Source: Stegostoma tigrinum (lineage: Eukaryota). Taken from it: 64,000 bases of DNA. The stretch's first letter is position 1; every line of letters begins with the position of its first letter. The position numbers and the translations under genes were made by a program. Under the pieces are notes generated by a model, which saw nothing but the letters and a program-made list of their open reading frames with translations, ran no database searches and was not told the DNA's origin. The stretch is taken from the NCBI RefSeq assembly GCF_030684315.1, contig NC_081397.1, positions 5,270,001 through 5,334,000 of the forward strand. The letters are read 5' to 3'. Shown one piece after another: positions 1 through 10,855 of the stretch.

Positions 1-480
1 CATGTGAACATCTGAGTCTATTTACCGGTCAGTCCCTGTCCGTTTCAGCTCTGTATCCGAGTGTGCAATTATTAATCTGCAACTGGTAGTCTCTGCTACA
101 TGACTATTTCAGGGCATTTATCAAACTTTCCCTATCAGGGAGTGAGGGTGCTGTGAATGTGCTTCGCAATTTGGACTTGCCAGTTCCAGTGCAGAAATGT
201 AAATAACAATTTCTCCTCGTCAGTTTCTGCTGTATGTGTTAATGAGTGGAGTTAGAAATCTGTACACATGTTTGTACCACACAAATACAGGTACAGATGT
301 GACTCTTTCTCTGTATGTTTCTGCTACGTGAATATCTAAGCATGGTTACCAATCGGTACATGCCAGCTGCTGCTTTGTGAATCTGTGAATTTAGTTGTCA
401 GTCTATGCCTGTCAGTTTCTGCTTTAAGAATGTATGAGTGCAGTTATCAACATGTACCTGTCAGTTATTGCTCCATCTAT
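1..480 (-). repeat. Degenerate ~47-49 bp minisatellite (reverse orientation)
   Basis: Recurrent gtcagtttctgct...gtgaat...gttatcaatctgtacct. This is the reverse complement of the ACAGATTGATAACTACACTCACATTCACA-CAGCAGAAACTGACAGGT unit seen at 16-46 kb. Confidence 0.7.
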
Positions 481-1584
481 TTGTTTTGTGCAATGGATTG
501 TGTAGAAGCAAAAGGTTTTGTAACTCCAACAGTGCAGAGTCTAACTGGGACAAGTTATCAAGGGCTGTTCATCAGGATAACATCAGCTTTTCTGACTGCA
601 TAGTAACATAATTCTGTGAGTAATGCTGTGGAATAGACAGATGTGGAATTCCTTCCTTCGAGTCTAAAGGAAAAGGGCAACGAACAAATCAACTGTATTC
701 AGCTGAATGACCACAATGTTCCTTCTACAGGGAAGGGTATTGGCTAATTCACTTCATTATTCTCATGAATATTACATAACCCTGCTCTGTGGCGTGACGG
801 TGCACGGCAGCAGCAATACTCTTATGGTGTGCTGTTGTGGGGATGAAGAAAGCAAAAGGACTTGTATTTTCTGTCTTACAGTGGAGAAGATTTAAACTTA
901 TTGAACATGGTCAAACTCTTTGCCAAAAATAATTGACAATTACAAGATTTAGTTAAGTAGATCATTCTTCATTGCTTTAAATGGTGATTACATCATTAAT
1001 GTGAAGAAACAGCATTCTTTTTACGTGCTTTTTTTTGTAATTTCATTGGGAGGGGCAAGTGACACAAAACTGTTTAACCTCGTTGCCAAATTCACTTCCA
1101 TGCTTCCCCACCGACGCCCCCAGACCCAAAAAGAAATTTTGCAAGCCAGATGGAAAATACGGTTTCTATTCCTGAAGGTGAACATGTTGAGGATCACGTT
1201 GTGTTGAAGTTGGGGTTGGCAAATCGTATACTGCCATGGCACACTTATTGAAATGGAATGCTGGCTGAATGGGATCAGAATTGTCAGGTGCTTGTTTTTG
1301 TCTACGATCAACCTGATGGGCTGACAGGTCTTTTATTCTGTCCTGTGGACTCCTCCTCTGCTTATATTAAAAAGCCGTAAACATTTTGTATGTATCCACT
1401 TGTTACCTGTAGTGTGTATAGGTATCATTGTTGTTAGTTTTTGTATGTTATGTGTTGATACAAAGAGGATATTTGGGACTCAATCTGAATCAGTCAGCAG
1501 CTTTGTGTGTGTCTGCATGTGCTCAGTCATGATTTGCTACTTGCCAGTAACACTACTTGTCACACGTGGTTGTTGAAACTATGT

Positions 1585-2580
1585 AACATGATGGCTTTCT
1601 ATGAGGGGGTAACAAGGTGCAGAGCTGGATCAACAAAGCAGGTCACGCAGCAGAGGAACAGGAAAGCTGATATTTTGGGACTGTTAGAAACGGGGGAAGA
1701 GAAAGAAGAGAGAAGTGAGGAGATGATGATGAAAGGTGCATAAGGACCAGATAGGTGGAGAGAAGATGGACAGGTCGAGGAGGCAGGGCTAGAGCCAGTA
1801 AAGGTAAGTGTAGGGAGGGAGTTTGGATGTGGGTTGGTCAGTTGAGGGAAGATGGACTGGTCAGGGAGGTAGGGATAATACTAGTAGGCCAGAGGTGCAG
1901 GTGTGGGTTGGTCAGTGAAGTGGGAGGAGCAGATTGGTCAGAGAAAAGATGTACAGGTCAAGGAGGTAGGGACCTGCTGGATGGGTTTGTGGTGGAGTGA
2001 TTTTGAAGCTCACATTGAGAACATTGGGTTGCAGGGCTCTCAAGCGAAATATGAGGTGCTGTTTGTGCAGCCTTCCGGTGCAACACTGTGGTACTAGAAG
2101 CAGCGTGGGATGGATATGTTGTCCAAGGAGTCGAAGGGGGTACTGAAGTGGTTCACAACTGGGAGTTGCAGTCATTTGTCAAGATGCGACCATAGGTGTT
2201 CAATAAGCAGACTCCAAGCCTCCGCTTGGTTTCCCCGATGTTGAGGGGGCCACATCGGGAACAGCAGATACAATGCAACGCATTAGAGGAAATGTAGATG
2301 AACATCTGTTTGATGTGGAAGGTTTTCTTAGGGCTTGGGATGGGGATATTTGGAGAGATGTCGGGGCAGGTGTCACACTTCCTGCTGTTGCAGTGAAAAA
2401 TGCCAGGGTTGTGGGGCTAGTGAGAATGTGGAGTGGACGAGGGAGTCAGAGAGAGCAGTACCTCTGGGAGGCAGAGAAGGGTGGGGAGGGAAAAAAGTGT
2501 CCTTGGGAGTGGAGTGAGATTGAAGGTGGCAGAAGTGGTGGAGGTTCATGCCTTGAATGCGGCTTGATGGAGTGATACTT
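1585..2580 (-). mobile_element. Degenerate Penelope-like element 3' fragment
   Basis: Minus-strand ORF fragment LIFRLRALQPNVLNVSFKI matches the GIY-YIG C-terminus of the neighbouring PLE family. A decayed terminal repeat lies at ~1600-1690. Confidence 0.7.
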
Positions 2581-2607
2581 GATGTTAAGAGGATACTGTC
2601 GTTATCT

Positions 2608-4550
2608 CAGAGATGATGGGAACTGCAGATCCTGGAGAATCCAAGATAAAAGTGTGAAGCTGGATGAACACAGCAGGCCAAGCAGCATCTCAAGAGCACA
2701 AAAGCTGACGTTTCGGGCCTGGACCCTTCAGAGACGGATGGGCAGAGTGTTGTGGAATAAATAGGGAGCAAAGGGGAGGTGGACCAAAGATGGAGAGAAA
2801 AGATGATAGGTGGAGAGGAGAGTATAGGTGGGGAGGTAGGGAGGGGATAGGTCAGTCCAGGGAAGACGGACAGGTCAAGGAGATGGGATGAGGTTACTAG
2901 GGAGGAAATGGAGGTGCAGCTTGAGGTGGAGGGAAGGGATGGGTGAGAGCAAGAACAGGTTAGGGAGACACAGACAGGCTGGGCTGGTTTTGGGATGCAG
3001 TGGAGCGAAGGGGAAGAGCTGGGCTGCTTTTGGGATGCGGTGGGAGAAGGTGAGATTTTGAAGCTGGTCAAGTCCACATTGATATCATTGGGCTGCAGGG
3101 TTCTCAAGCGGAATAGGAGTTGCAGTTCCTGCAACATTCAGGTGGCATCATTGTGGCACTGCAGGAGGCCCATGATGGACATGTCTTCTAAAGAATGGGA
3201 GGGGGAGTTAAAATGGTTCATGACTGGGAGGTGCAGTTGTTTGTTGCGAACCGAGCAGAGGTGTTCCGCAAAGCGGTCCCCAAGCCTCCGCTTGGTTTCC
3301 CCAATGTAGAGCAAGCCACATTGGGGACAATGGATCCAGGAAACCACATTGGCAGACGTGCAGGTGAACATCTGCTTAATATGGAAGGTCATCTTGGAGT
3401 GTGGGATGGGGGTGAGGGAGTTGTGTGGGCAAGTGTGGCACTTCCTGCGGTGCAGGGGAAGGTGCCAGGTGTGGTGAGGTTGGAGGGGAGTCTGGAGTGA
3501 ACAAGGGAGTCACGGAGAGAGTGGTCTCTCCGGAAGGCAGAGAAGGGTGGGGATGGGAAAAGGTCTTGCGTGGTGGGGTCGGATTGTAGATGGCGGCAGT
3601 GCCAGAGGATGATACGTTGTGTCCAGAGCTTGGTGGGGTGGTGAGAGAGAACGAGGGGGATCCTCTTGGGGCGGTTGTGAGGGATGTGTTGCGGGAAATG
3701 CAGGAGACGAGGTCAAGGGCCTTCTCGACGACTGCAGAGAAAGTTGCGGTCCTTGAAGAACTTGGACATCTGGGATGTGCGGGAGTGGAATGCCTTATCC
3801 TGGGAGCAGATGCGGCAGAGGTGGAGGAATTGGGAGAAGGGAATGGAATTTTTGCACGAGGGTGGGTGGGAGGAGGTGTATTCTAGGTAGCCGTAGGAGT
3901 CGGTGGGCTTGAAGTGGACATCAGTTTCTCGTTCGTTACCCGAGGGGTCCAGGAAGGTGAGGGATGTGTTGGAGATAGCCCAGGTGAACTTGAGGTTGGG
4001 GTGGAAGTTGTTAGTAGAGTGGATGAACTGTTTGAGCTTCTTGTGGGAGCACAAGGCAACATCGATACCGTCAGTCATCGATATAATGGAGGAAGCGGGG
4101 TGGGGGTGGGGCCAGTGTAGCTGTAAAAGATGGGCTGGTCCATGTATCCTACAAAGAGATAGGAATAGCTTGGGTCCATGTGGGCACCCATGGTCACCCC
4201 CTTTGACTGTAGGGAGTGGGAGGAGTTGAAGGAGAAGATGTGGGTGGTGTTACAGACATAGGTGGGACTTCCTGGACTTGGGGAGGCAGGTGGGTGGGTG
4301 TAGAAAAGGGAGTTGAGATAATTGGAGATAAAAGTTTGGTGGGACAGGGGCAGAGGCAATGGGTCAACAGGGGCAGTCGGGTTTGTGGATTTTGGGAATG
4401 AGGCAGAAACAGTTAATATGGCGTTGGGGAAAGATGAGGTTGGAGGCTGTTGGCAGGACGTAACCTGAGGGGTTGAGGTTGTGGATGGTCTGGGAGATGA
4501 TGTTTTGGTGATCAGGGCAGGGTCATGATCAAGGGGGTGGTAGGAGGAGT
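2608..4550 (-). mobile_element. Penelope-like retroelement (RT C-terminal part, GIY-YIG endonuclease, 3' terminal repeat), disrupted
   Basis: ORF pieces KGVTMGAHMDPSYSYLFVGY (RT), NFHPNLKFTW..FLD..VHFKPTDS (thumb) and CPQCGLLYIGETKRRLGDRFAEH (GIY-YIG). Multiple frameshifts. Confidence 0.9.
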
Positions 4551-4869
4551 CTCTCTCTATCCAATTTACATTGAGGAAATGTATTTTGCCTCAAACTGGA
4601 TACAGTTCCAGTTTGAGTACTTTCAACAAAGAGTCACCTGTTAACATTTCAAAGATGTGAATGTTGATGGACTATGAATGATGTTGATTGGAACTAGCGG
4701 GATGTCAATTGGCAATGGAAACATGAAAAAGAGAAACTTGCCTTTTCTCAGTTGGGATTGGGTGGTTTTTCCCTTGGTCAAGTCTCTGGAAATCGAGCTC
4801 AATGTAAGTCTGATTCAATCCGCTCTGACTATGGGAAAGACATTCTCCATTCTGATCACAGGAACGTGC

Positions 4870-4952
4870 CTGCTGTTCGTTGGAAGCAACTGCGCACACT
4901 CGGCTTTGTACCGAGGAAATATTGCATCAACTGGTTTCTTCAAGTATTTTGC
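4870..4952 (-). other. Exon-2-like segment of repeated module, copy A (83 nt)
   Basis: Minus strand reads tcttctgtcttcctccag|GCAAAATAC...CAGCAG|GCACGT (GC-type or mutated donor). Homologous to 14000-14081, 21334-21416 and 41269-41350. Confidence 0.55.
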
Positions 4953-5138
4953 CTGGAGGAAGACAGAAGATATATCTCTCGTCAATCAACATCAGCCAAA
5001 TTTGACAATATCAAACAGATTAACATATTCAGGTACCAGTTATTAGGATGTTTCTTTTCTTGAACTTCACCTCTCAAAGCAGAACTCCAAAAGTTTGTGA
5101 TTTTAAATAAGCCTGTTGGACCACAACATTGTGTCATG

Positions 5139-5896
5139 TCCCCCTCCCTCCCCCCATCCCCCTCTCTGATGAAGGGTCTAGGCCCGAAACGTCAGCTTTT
5201 GTGCTCCTGAGATGCTGCTTGGCCTGCTGTGTTCATCCAGCCTCACATTTTATTATCTTGGAATCTCCAGCATCTGCAGTTCCCATTATCTCTGATACTA
5301 TTTTAACCTCACTGCGAAGCCTCTTCCAGGGATGCCTAACCTGAAGAAGTTACCCTCCTCCCTCCGGACCAACCTCAGGGAATCTCTCTCCCATTGCAAC
5401 TCTCTTGTATCTTCTTTGCTCTCCATCTTCGGTCCGCCTCCCCCTCTCTCCCTATTTATTCCAGTTCCCTCCCCCCATCCCCCTCTCTGATGAAGGGTCT
5501 AGGCCCGAAACGTCAGCTTTTGTGCTCCTGAGATGCTGCTTGGCCTGCTGTGTTCATCCAGCCTCACATTTTATTATCTTGGAATCTCCAGCATCTGCAG
5601 TTCCCATTATCTCTGATACTATTTTAACCTCACTGCAAAGCCTCTTCCAGGGATGCCTAACCTGAAGAAGTTACCCTCCTCCCTCCGGACCAACCTCAGG
5701 GAATCTCTCTCCCATTGCAACTCTCTTGTATCTTCTTTGCTCTCCATCTTCGGTCCGCCTCCCCCTCTCTCCCTATTTATTCCAGTTCCCTCCCCCCATC
5801 CCCCTCTCTGATGAAGGGTCTAGGCCCGAAACGTCAGCTTTTGTGCTCCTGAGATGCTGCTTGGCCTGCTGTGTTCATCCAGCCTCACATTTTATT
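5139..5896 (+). mobile_element. Tandem array of a 321-bp PLE terminal-repeat unit with three hammerhead motifs
   Basis: CTGATGAAGGGTCTAGGCCCGAAACGTCAG at 5166, 5487 and 5808 (exact 321 spacing). Flanked by the 13-bp direct repeat acattgtgtcatg (5126-5138, 5897-5909). Confidence 0.9.
5164..5195 (+). ncRNA. Minimal type I hammerhead ribozyme motif (also at 5487, 5808, 27148, 52501, 55928; minus strand at ~2706-2731, ~25876-25903, ~49761-49789)
   Basis: CUGAUGA core, stem II GGGU-CUAG-GCCC, GAAAC-GUC palindromic stem III and a CU/AG stem I. Matches the minimal hammerheads known from PLE terminal repeats. Confidence 0.75.
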
Positions 5897-6310
5897 ACAT
5901 TGTGTCATGAGAGTTGTGTCTGATCTTTAAGGGCATCAATTTAAACACAAGTCTGAATCAATTCTTACATCAAGCTGCTTCTTGGCTGAGGATTGTGTTT
6001 TTAAATATGTAATTCGACACTGAGTGAGATTCAGAAACTGAACAATAATTGCACAGCTCCATCTAAGGTGCTACCTGAAGATGCTGCACCGTTGACACAG
6101 CTCATGTTACCAGATCCCAACACACTGACTGTTGAAGAGAACAACAGCCGCTATTCCAAATATTTTTCCCGAGACGTATGATCTGTCAACTCCAATCTGC
6201 GTCCTTTATAGGTCTTCCACTGCGCCCTCCACCATCCCCGGCAACTCGCAACTAACAGCGTAAAACAGCAGCCAAACAGTGAATTTGCAGTGTTTACAAG
6301 TCTAAAAGCT

Positions 6311-6742
6311 ACAAGACTGACCCCCAGCAGCTTCTTGCCGCTGTGTCTCCCTCAGCAGGCCCACACACAGCCCGAGAAAGGCCTCTCTCTCCCCCTGCCC
6401 CCAGGCCGCTCTCTCTCCAAGTTCCGGGACCAGTTCCTGCCCCGCTCGGCCTCTGACCAACAGCCCCGGGTTCTCCCGGAACTGAGCCCGAATCAATGCC
6501 GGTCTCGGAGCCCCCCTCTGTGTCCCAGACTCACATCTCGATGCGCTGCCGGAAGGAGCCTGCTGCTCCCTCGCTTCCCTGGGCGCTGGTCTCTCCATTG
6601 CGGCCTGTTTCAAACAAACCTCTTCCACTCACTGAGTAAATGCCCCTCAATGGCAGCGCAGGGGGAGAGCATCACGCATGCGCTCCCCTGGTCATCAAAA
6701 AGCAACATTGGGGGCACCGGGCCAGCCTCACGCATGCGCTGT
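6311..6742 (-). promoter_or_regulatory. GC-rich promoter/exon-1 module, copy A
   Basis: Two GCGCATGCGTG NRF1-type palindromes (~6673-6683, ~6729-6739), a GCTGCCATT YY1-like motif, ATG at 6598 and donor AT|GTGAGT after 6535. Near-identical to 12998-13430 and 40624-40996. Confidence 0.65.
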
Positions 6743-7287
6743 TAACCCCATTTTTTTTAAAAACCGTTTGCAGGCAGCGCGGACCGGACACGGGAAATTG
6801 CCTGATCTGAATGTACCAGTCAGGAGGGAAGCGCGGGGTTTAATACAGCCCAGGCAAACTGATCAACCGACTGGGTAACCGTGGTTAATCAATCTTATCA
6901 AACCCGCCGATTTAAACAACTTCTGAGCGATTAATTACAGAATCCCATTTTTTTCGGGGCATGTTTAGTTTGTAATGCAATTGCTGCCTGAAATGTATTT
7001 CGCAGGCAAAATGAAGCAATAACCGTTAAAACATCGCCAGAGATCGTAGCATCAACATTAGATAAAATATCATTCCTGGAAGGGTTATACTGCAATATGC
7101 AACATTAGTGTCTGGGCAGAATTACAAGCCGTGGGAGGAAATAACCAGATGCAGTTCCAGTGACCCTCCCCACATGATACCATCCTCATTTTCAGTCTCC
7201 GCTCTCGGAAATGTGATATTTGAGTTAATAGAATCAATTCAAGTTTATGCTCTGTCTGCACTCGGAACCGGGACAGGGATAATTTGA

Positions 7288-7456
7288 CTTAGAGACGGAG
7301 CTGCAGATGCTGGACAATCTGACGTAACAAGGTGTAGTGTTGGATGAACAGAGCGAGCCGAGCAGCATCAGAGGAGCAGGAAGAAGGATCTCGGTCCGAA
7401 ACGTCAGCTTTCCTGCTCGGCCTGTTATGTCCAGCCAGCTCTCCACCTTGTTATCT
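7288..7456. mobile_element. Fold-back PLE terminal stub with TSD
   Basis: Inverted PLE tail halves flanked by cagggat(a/c)atttga (7274-7287, 7457-7470). The paralogous empty site is at ~38362. Confidence 0.75.
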
Positions 7457-7478
7457 CAGGGATCATTTGATCCGGGCT

Positions 7479-7520
7479 CAGCTCTTTCCTGGAGAGATGT
7501 GGGTGGCTCTGAGAAGAGCC
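7479..7520 (-). terminator. Histone 3' stem-loop and HDE of H1
   Basis: Minus strand CCCAAA GGCTCT TCTC AGAGCC ACCCA (loop at 7505-7520), followed by AAAGAGCTG (7479-7487). Confidence 0.95.
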
Positions 7521-7556
7521 TTTGGGTTCAGGTGGTGACACATTACACCGACTGCT

Positions 7557-8195
7557 TCATTTCTTTGCTGCTTTCTTGGTCACTTTCGCTTTGGCCTTCG
7601 TCTTCGTTTTCACCGATTTTGGGGCCGGTTTTGAGGCCTTGGGGCTCTTGGTCTTTTTCACCTTCTTCACGGGAGTCTTTTTCTGAGGCGCTGCTTTCTT
7701 CGCCGCTTTCTTTGGCGTTGCTGCCTTCTTGCCGGCCGCTTTCTTTCCTGTTGCTTTCTTGGCTGGGGATTTCTTCGCTGCCACCTTCTTGGCCGTTGTT
7801 TTCTTCACGGCTGCTTTCTTGGCGGCTGCTGCGGGTCTCGCCTTCTTTCCCACTTTTGCCTTGACCTGATTCTTTGGGAGTTTGAAGGAGCCGGAGACGC
7901 CCTGGCCCTTCACCAGAACCAGGGAGCCTTTCGCCAGGCACCTCTTGGTAGCCATCCTGATCTGTGCATTCTGCTTCTCCACATTGACCCCGCTTCTCTG
8001 CAACGCCTTCTTTATAGCGGCCAGAGACGTCCCCTTCCGATCGCTGTTCTCCCCGACAATCTTCACAATCCGCTCGCCCAACCCGGGACCGGCTGTTTTT
8101 TGCCTGGGGGCCGCCGCCTTCTTCTTCTTGGGAGTCTTGGGTTTAGTGCTGGCGGAGGCTGGAGGAGCCGTTTCGGCGGCTGCACTGTCGCTCAT
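7557..8195 (-). CDS. H1: Histone H1 (replication-dependent), 212 aa
   Basis: MSDSAAAETAPPA N-terminus, globular domain ...SLAAIKKAL...KGQGVSGSFKL, K/A/P-rich tail. Intronless, with a stem-loop. Confidence 0.96.
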   Translation of the reverse strand: MSDSAAAETAPPASASTKPKTPKKKKAAAPRQKTAGPGLGERIVKIVGENSDRKGTSLAAIKKALQRSGVNVEKQNAQIRMATKRCLAKGSLVLVKGQGVSGSFKLPKNQVKAKVGKKARPAAAAKKAAVKKTTAKKVAAKKSPAKKATGKKAAGKKAATPKKAAKKAAPQKKTPVKKVKKTKSPKASKPAPKSVKTKTKAKAKVTKKAAKK

Positions 8196-8269
8196 GTCGG
8201 GAACTCTGCGCTGAATCTCTCTCTGTCAGACTGAGCTGGGTCAGCGATGAAGCTGCTGGTGGCGGCACT

Positions 8270-8350
8270 GAGCAACTTAAAGGCAGCGAGCGGACGGCGC
8301 GGAGACAACCTGCCCTCAGCTCCCTGCTCCTGCTGCCTCTCTGTGTTTCT
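8270..8350 (-). promoter_or_regulatory. H1 promoter with H1-box
   Basis: AAACACA on the minus strand (8342-8348), a TATA-like TTTAAG (~8276-8281) and a GC-rich stretch between them. Confidence 0.6.
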
Positions 8351-9039
8351 CTCTCGGCAGAAACTCTCCAATTCCTCTGCAATTCCGCATCTCCAGAGAG
8401 CCAGGTTCGATCGTTCCTGACCATGACACGGGAAGGTTTGCGGCCAAAAAGTTTTCACTCGAATTGACGGCTCCGTTGTCGAGTTAAACGCATTTTGCTG
8501 CTGCTCTGATCGCGCTCTCTGAGCTGAGCGCTGGCATTATCCTCACTTTTGGACTGAAATCTTGAAATCAACAAATACACAGCCTTGAATTCTAGCTTTC
8601 GGGTTTAGTGGGGGAGCAGGTGGATAAATGGAATTGAAAATATTTTCGATCTGCACAATAGAGATTCGGAAATATCATGATATGAGCGGACAGACAAACA
8701 CAGTGACGTTTGACTAACCCGCCCGCCCGTCTCCCACAGTCTCTCTGATTCAATATTCACATCCACACAGTCACAGGCCAGAAACATCGCCAAATGTAAA
8801 TATGGAAGGATATCATTTGTTTTCCTTTCAGCTTTTGCTCGATATCAGGGAGTTAGTTGGAGATTTTCCCCTCAGTAACTCTTAAACTCTCTGAGGCCGG
8901 TGTGCTGGAGATTCGCTCTTCTCCACATTCAGCTGCAAAAGCCAATCATCTGGTTTGAAGTTATATTGATCACCCAGATCAGTTTTTTTTTAATTTTCAT
9001 TCCGGTGACAAGACTCAACATCGGTTCTGGGAGTAATCA

Positions 9040-10850
9040 GACATAGAAACACATATAATGGCAACTTGGCCTGACCAATCGGCCCTTCAAACCACTCCTC
9101 CAACTCATCATGAAAATGGCAGGTGATCTAACTCAATAGCCTGTGTCCGTTCTTCTCTCATATGGAGTCGCTCAGCAAGGATGCATAACCTTCAGTCCAA
9201 CCATAACATGCCGAATATAATGCCAAACTGAACTAGTTCCACCAGCCTGTCCCTGGCCTGTTTCCTTTCAAACCTGTCATGTTTACCTACTTATCCAAAC
9301 GCCGTTTCAAGGCTGTATTTGTAGTCACATGGGCCGTTTACTCAGGAAGTTCATTCCACTTGCAGCCGGCTCTGTGACAATAAAACCCTCGTGTCTTTTG
9401 TTTTAATCTCTCTCCTGTCACTGTAAAAATGTTCACGCCGCTCCTCAATTCCCCCCATCCCAGGCAAAGGACAACTGCCATTAACTCTGTCTCACCCCCT
9501 CATTATTTTATGAACTTCTATAAGCTGACTTTCAACATGCCACACTCTAGTGAAAAAAAAACTCCCAGCCTTTCCATCCTTCCTTTATAACTCGAAAACT
9601 ACATACTCGGCAATTACCGGTGAGCCTCTTTTGAACCATCTCCACCTTAACACTGTCCTTCCTCTCACTGGCCAACTGGCCTCACCCAATGCCCAGTGTA
9701 ACGTCAATGTGATTGTCACCTCCTAAACTCAAAGGACTCAGCAGTGAAGGAAAGCGTGCCAAACACCTTCTTCACCATCCTGTTGAGGTGTGATGCAGAC
9801 TGAAAAGAATTCTCGATCCTTCTGTTCTGCAACACTACCCATTAATTGTACAAGGCCTACCCTTGTATGTTGCACCAAAATGCAAAACCTCACAGTTATC
9901 CAGTTGAGTGCCATTTTGCAGCCCAGCCGATTGGATCACGATCCCTTTGTCATCTCAGAAAACCTTCTCCACTCACTGTGCTACTAACTTTGTCAGCATT
10001 CACAAACGTGCTTACCATGCCTTCTATATTCTGATTCCAATTATTTTTATAAATGACAAACAAAAACAGAGCCAGGACCAATCCCTGTGGAAAGCACTGG
10101 TGACAGGACCCTAGTCGAAAAAAAAACAGCCCTCCACCTTCACTCTCTCTCTATTGCCATTAAGCCAATTATACCTTGATTCCCTTTATTCACAATTGCT
10201 ACACCCAATAACATTTTGAAATCATATAGTGAGTTGGATGTGGCTGATTTCTGCGGTAGAGAATTCCAGAGGCATACCATTCTCTGTGTGAAGAAATCTC
10301 TCCCTTTCTCAGCCCTAAATATCCTATCCCATCTCTGAAAAATGTCACTCACACCGTCAGGAATATTTTTTCCAGCATTTATATTTTTTATGACTGCCAG
10401 TGTCTTACAGATTTCTAAGAAAATCCCTCATCATTCTGAATTTAAGTACACAACAATTCAATCTCTCCTTTCATCCCAGCAATCTGCCCACTAAAACTAC
10501 CTTTATAGTGACACCATCCTTCCTCAGATAAGGAGGCCACACCTGCTGTCAATATTCTCAGTGTTGTCTCACAGATGCTCTGTTAAATTGTCACAATTTC
10601 TACTTTTCTCCTGTACTCTAATTCTCTCTCCATGAAGGAAAACATACCTGTTGCCTTTCTCACTGCCTGCCACACCTATATGCCTCATTTCATTGATTGA
10701 TTTGTGAGGGCACCCAGGTCTCATTGCAAATTCCACTGTGTCCATTTATCGACGTCCAGAAAATAAAGTGCCTTCCTTTTATTTTGCTACCAATGTGTAT
10801 AACCTTACATTTATACACATTATACCATGCCTTCCTGGGTGAAATTGAGG
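9040..10850 (-). mobile_element. Old CR1-type LINE 3' fragments
   Basis: Reverse-strand GPVTSAFPQGLVLALF-like RT remnant (~10070-10110) and FFTQRMVCLWNSLPQ (ORF 10140-10352). Confidence 0.7.
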
Positions 10851-10855
10851 ACACA

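Noticed and set aside
6290-6745. ORFs of 108-157 aa across the GC-rich modules as proteins
   Set aside because: Lengths and frames differ among the three copies through indels after the splice donor, and several use non-ATG starts.
7337-8214. Antisense and alternate-frame ORFs over H1 (likewise over H2A, H2B, H3, H4)
   Set aside because: Shadow ORFs caused by GC-rich, biased histone codon usage.
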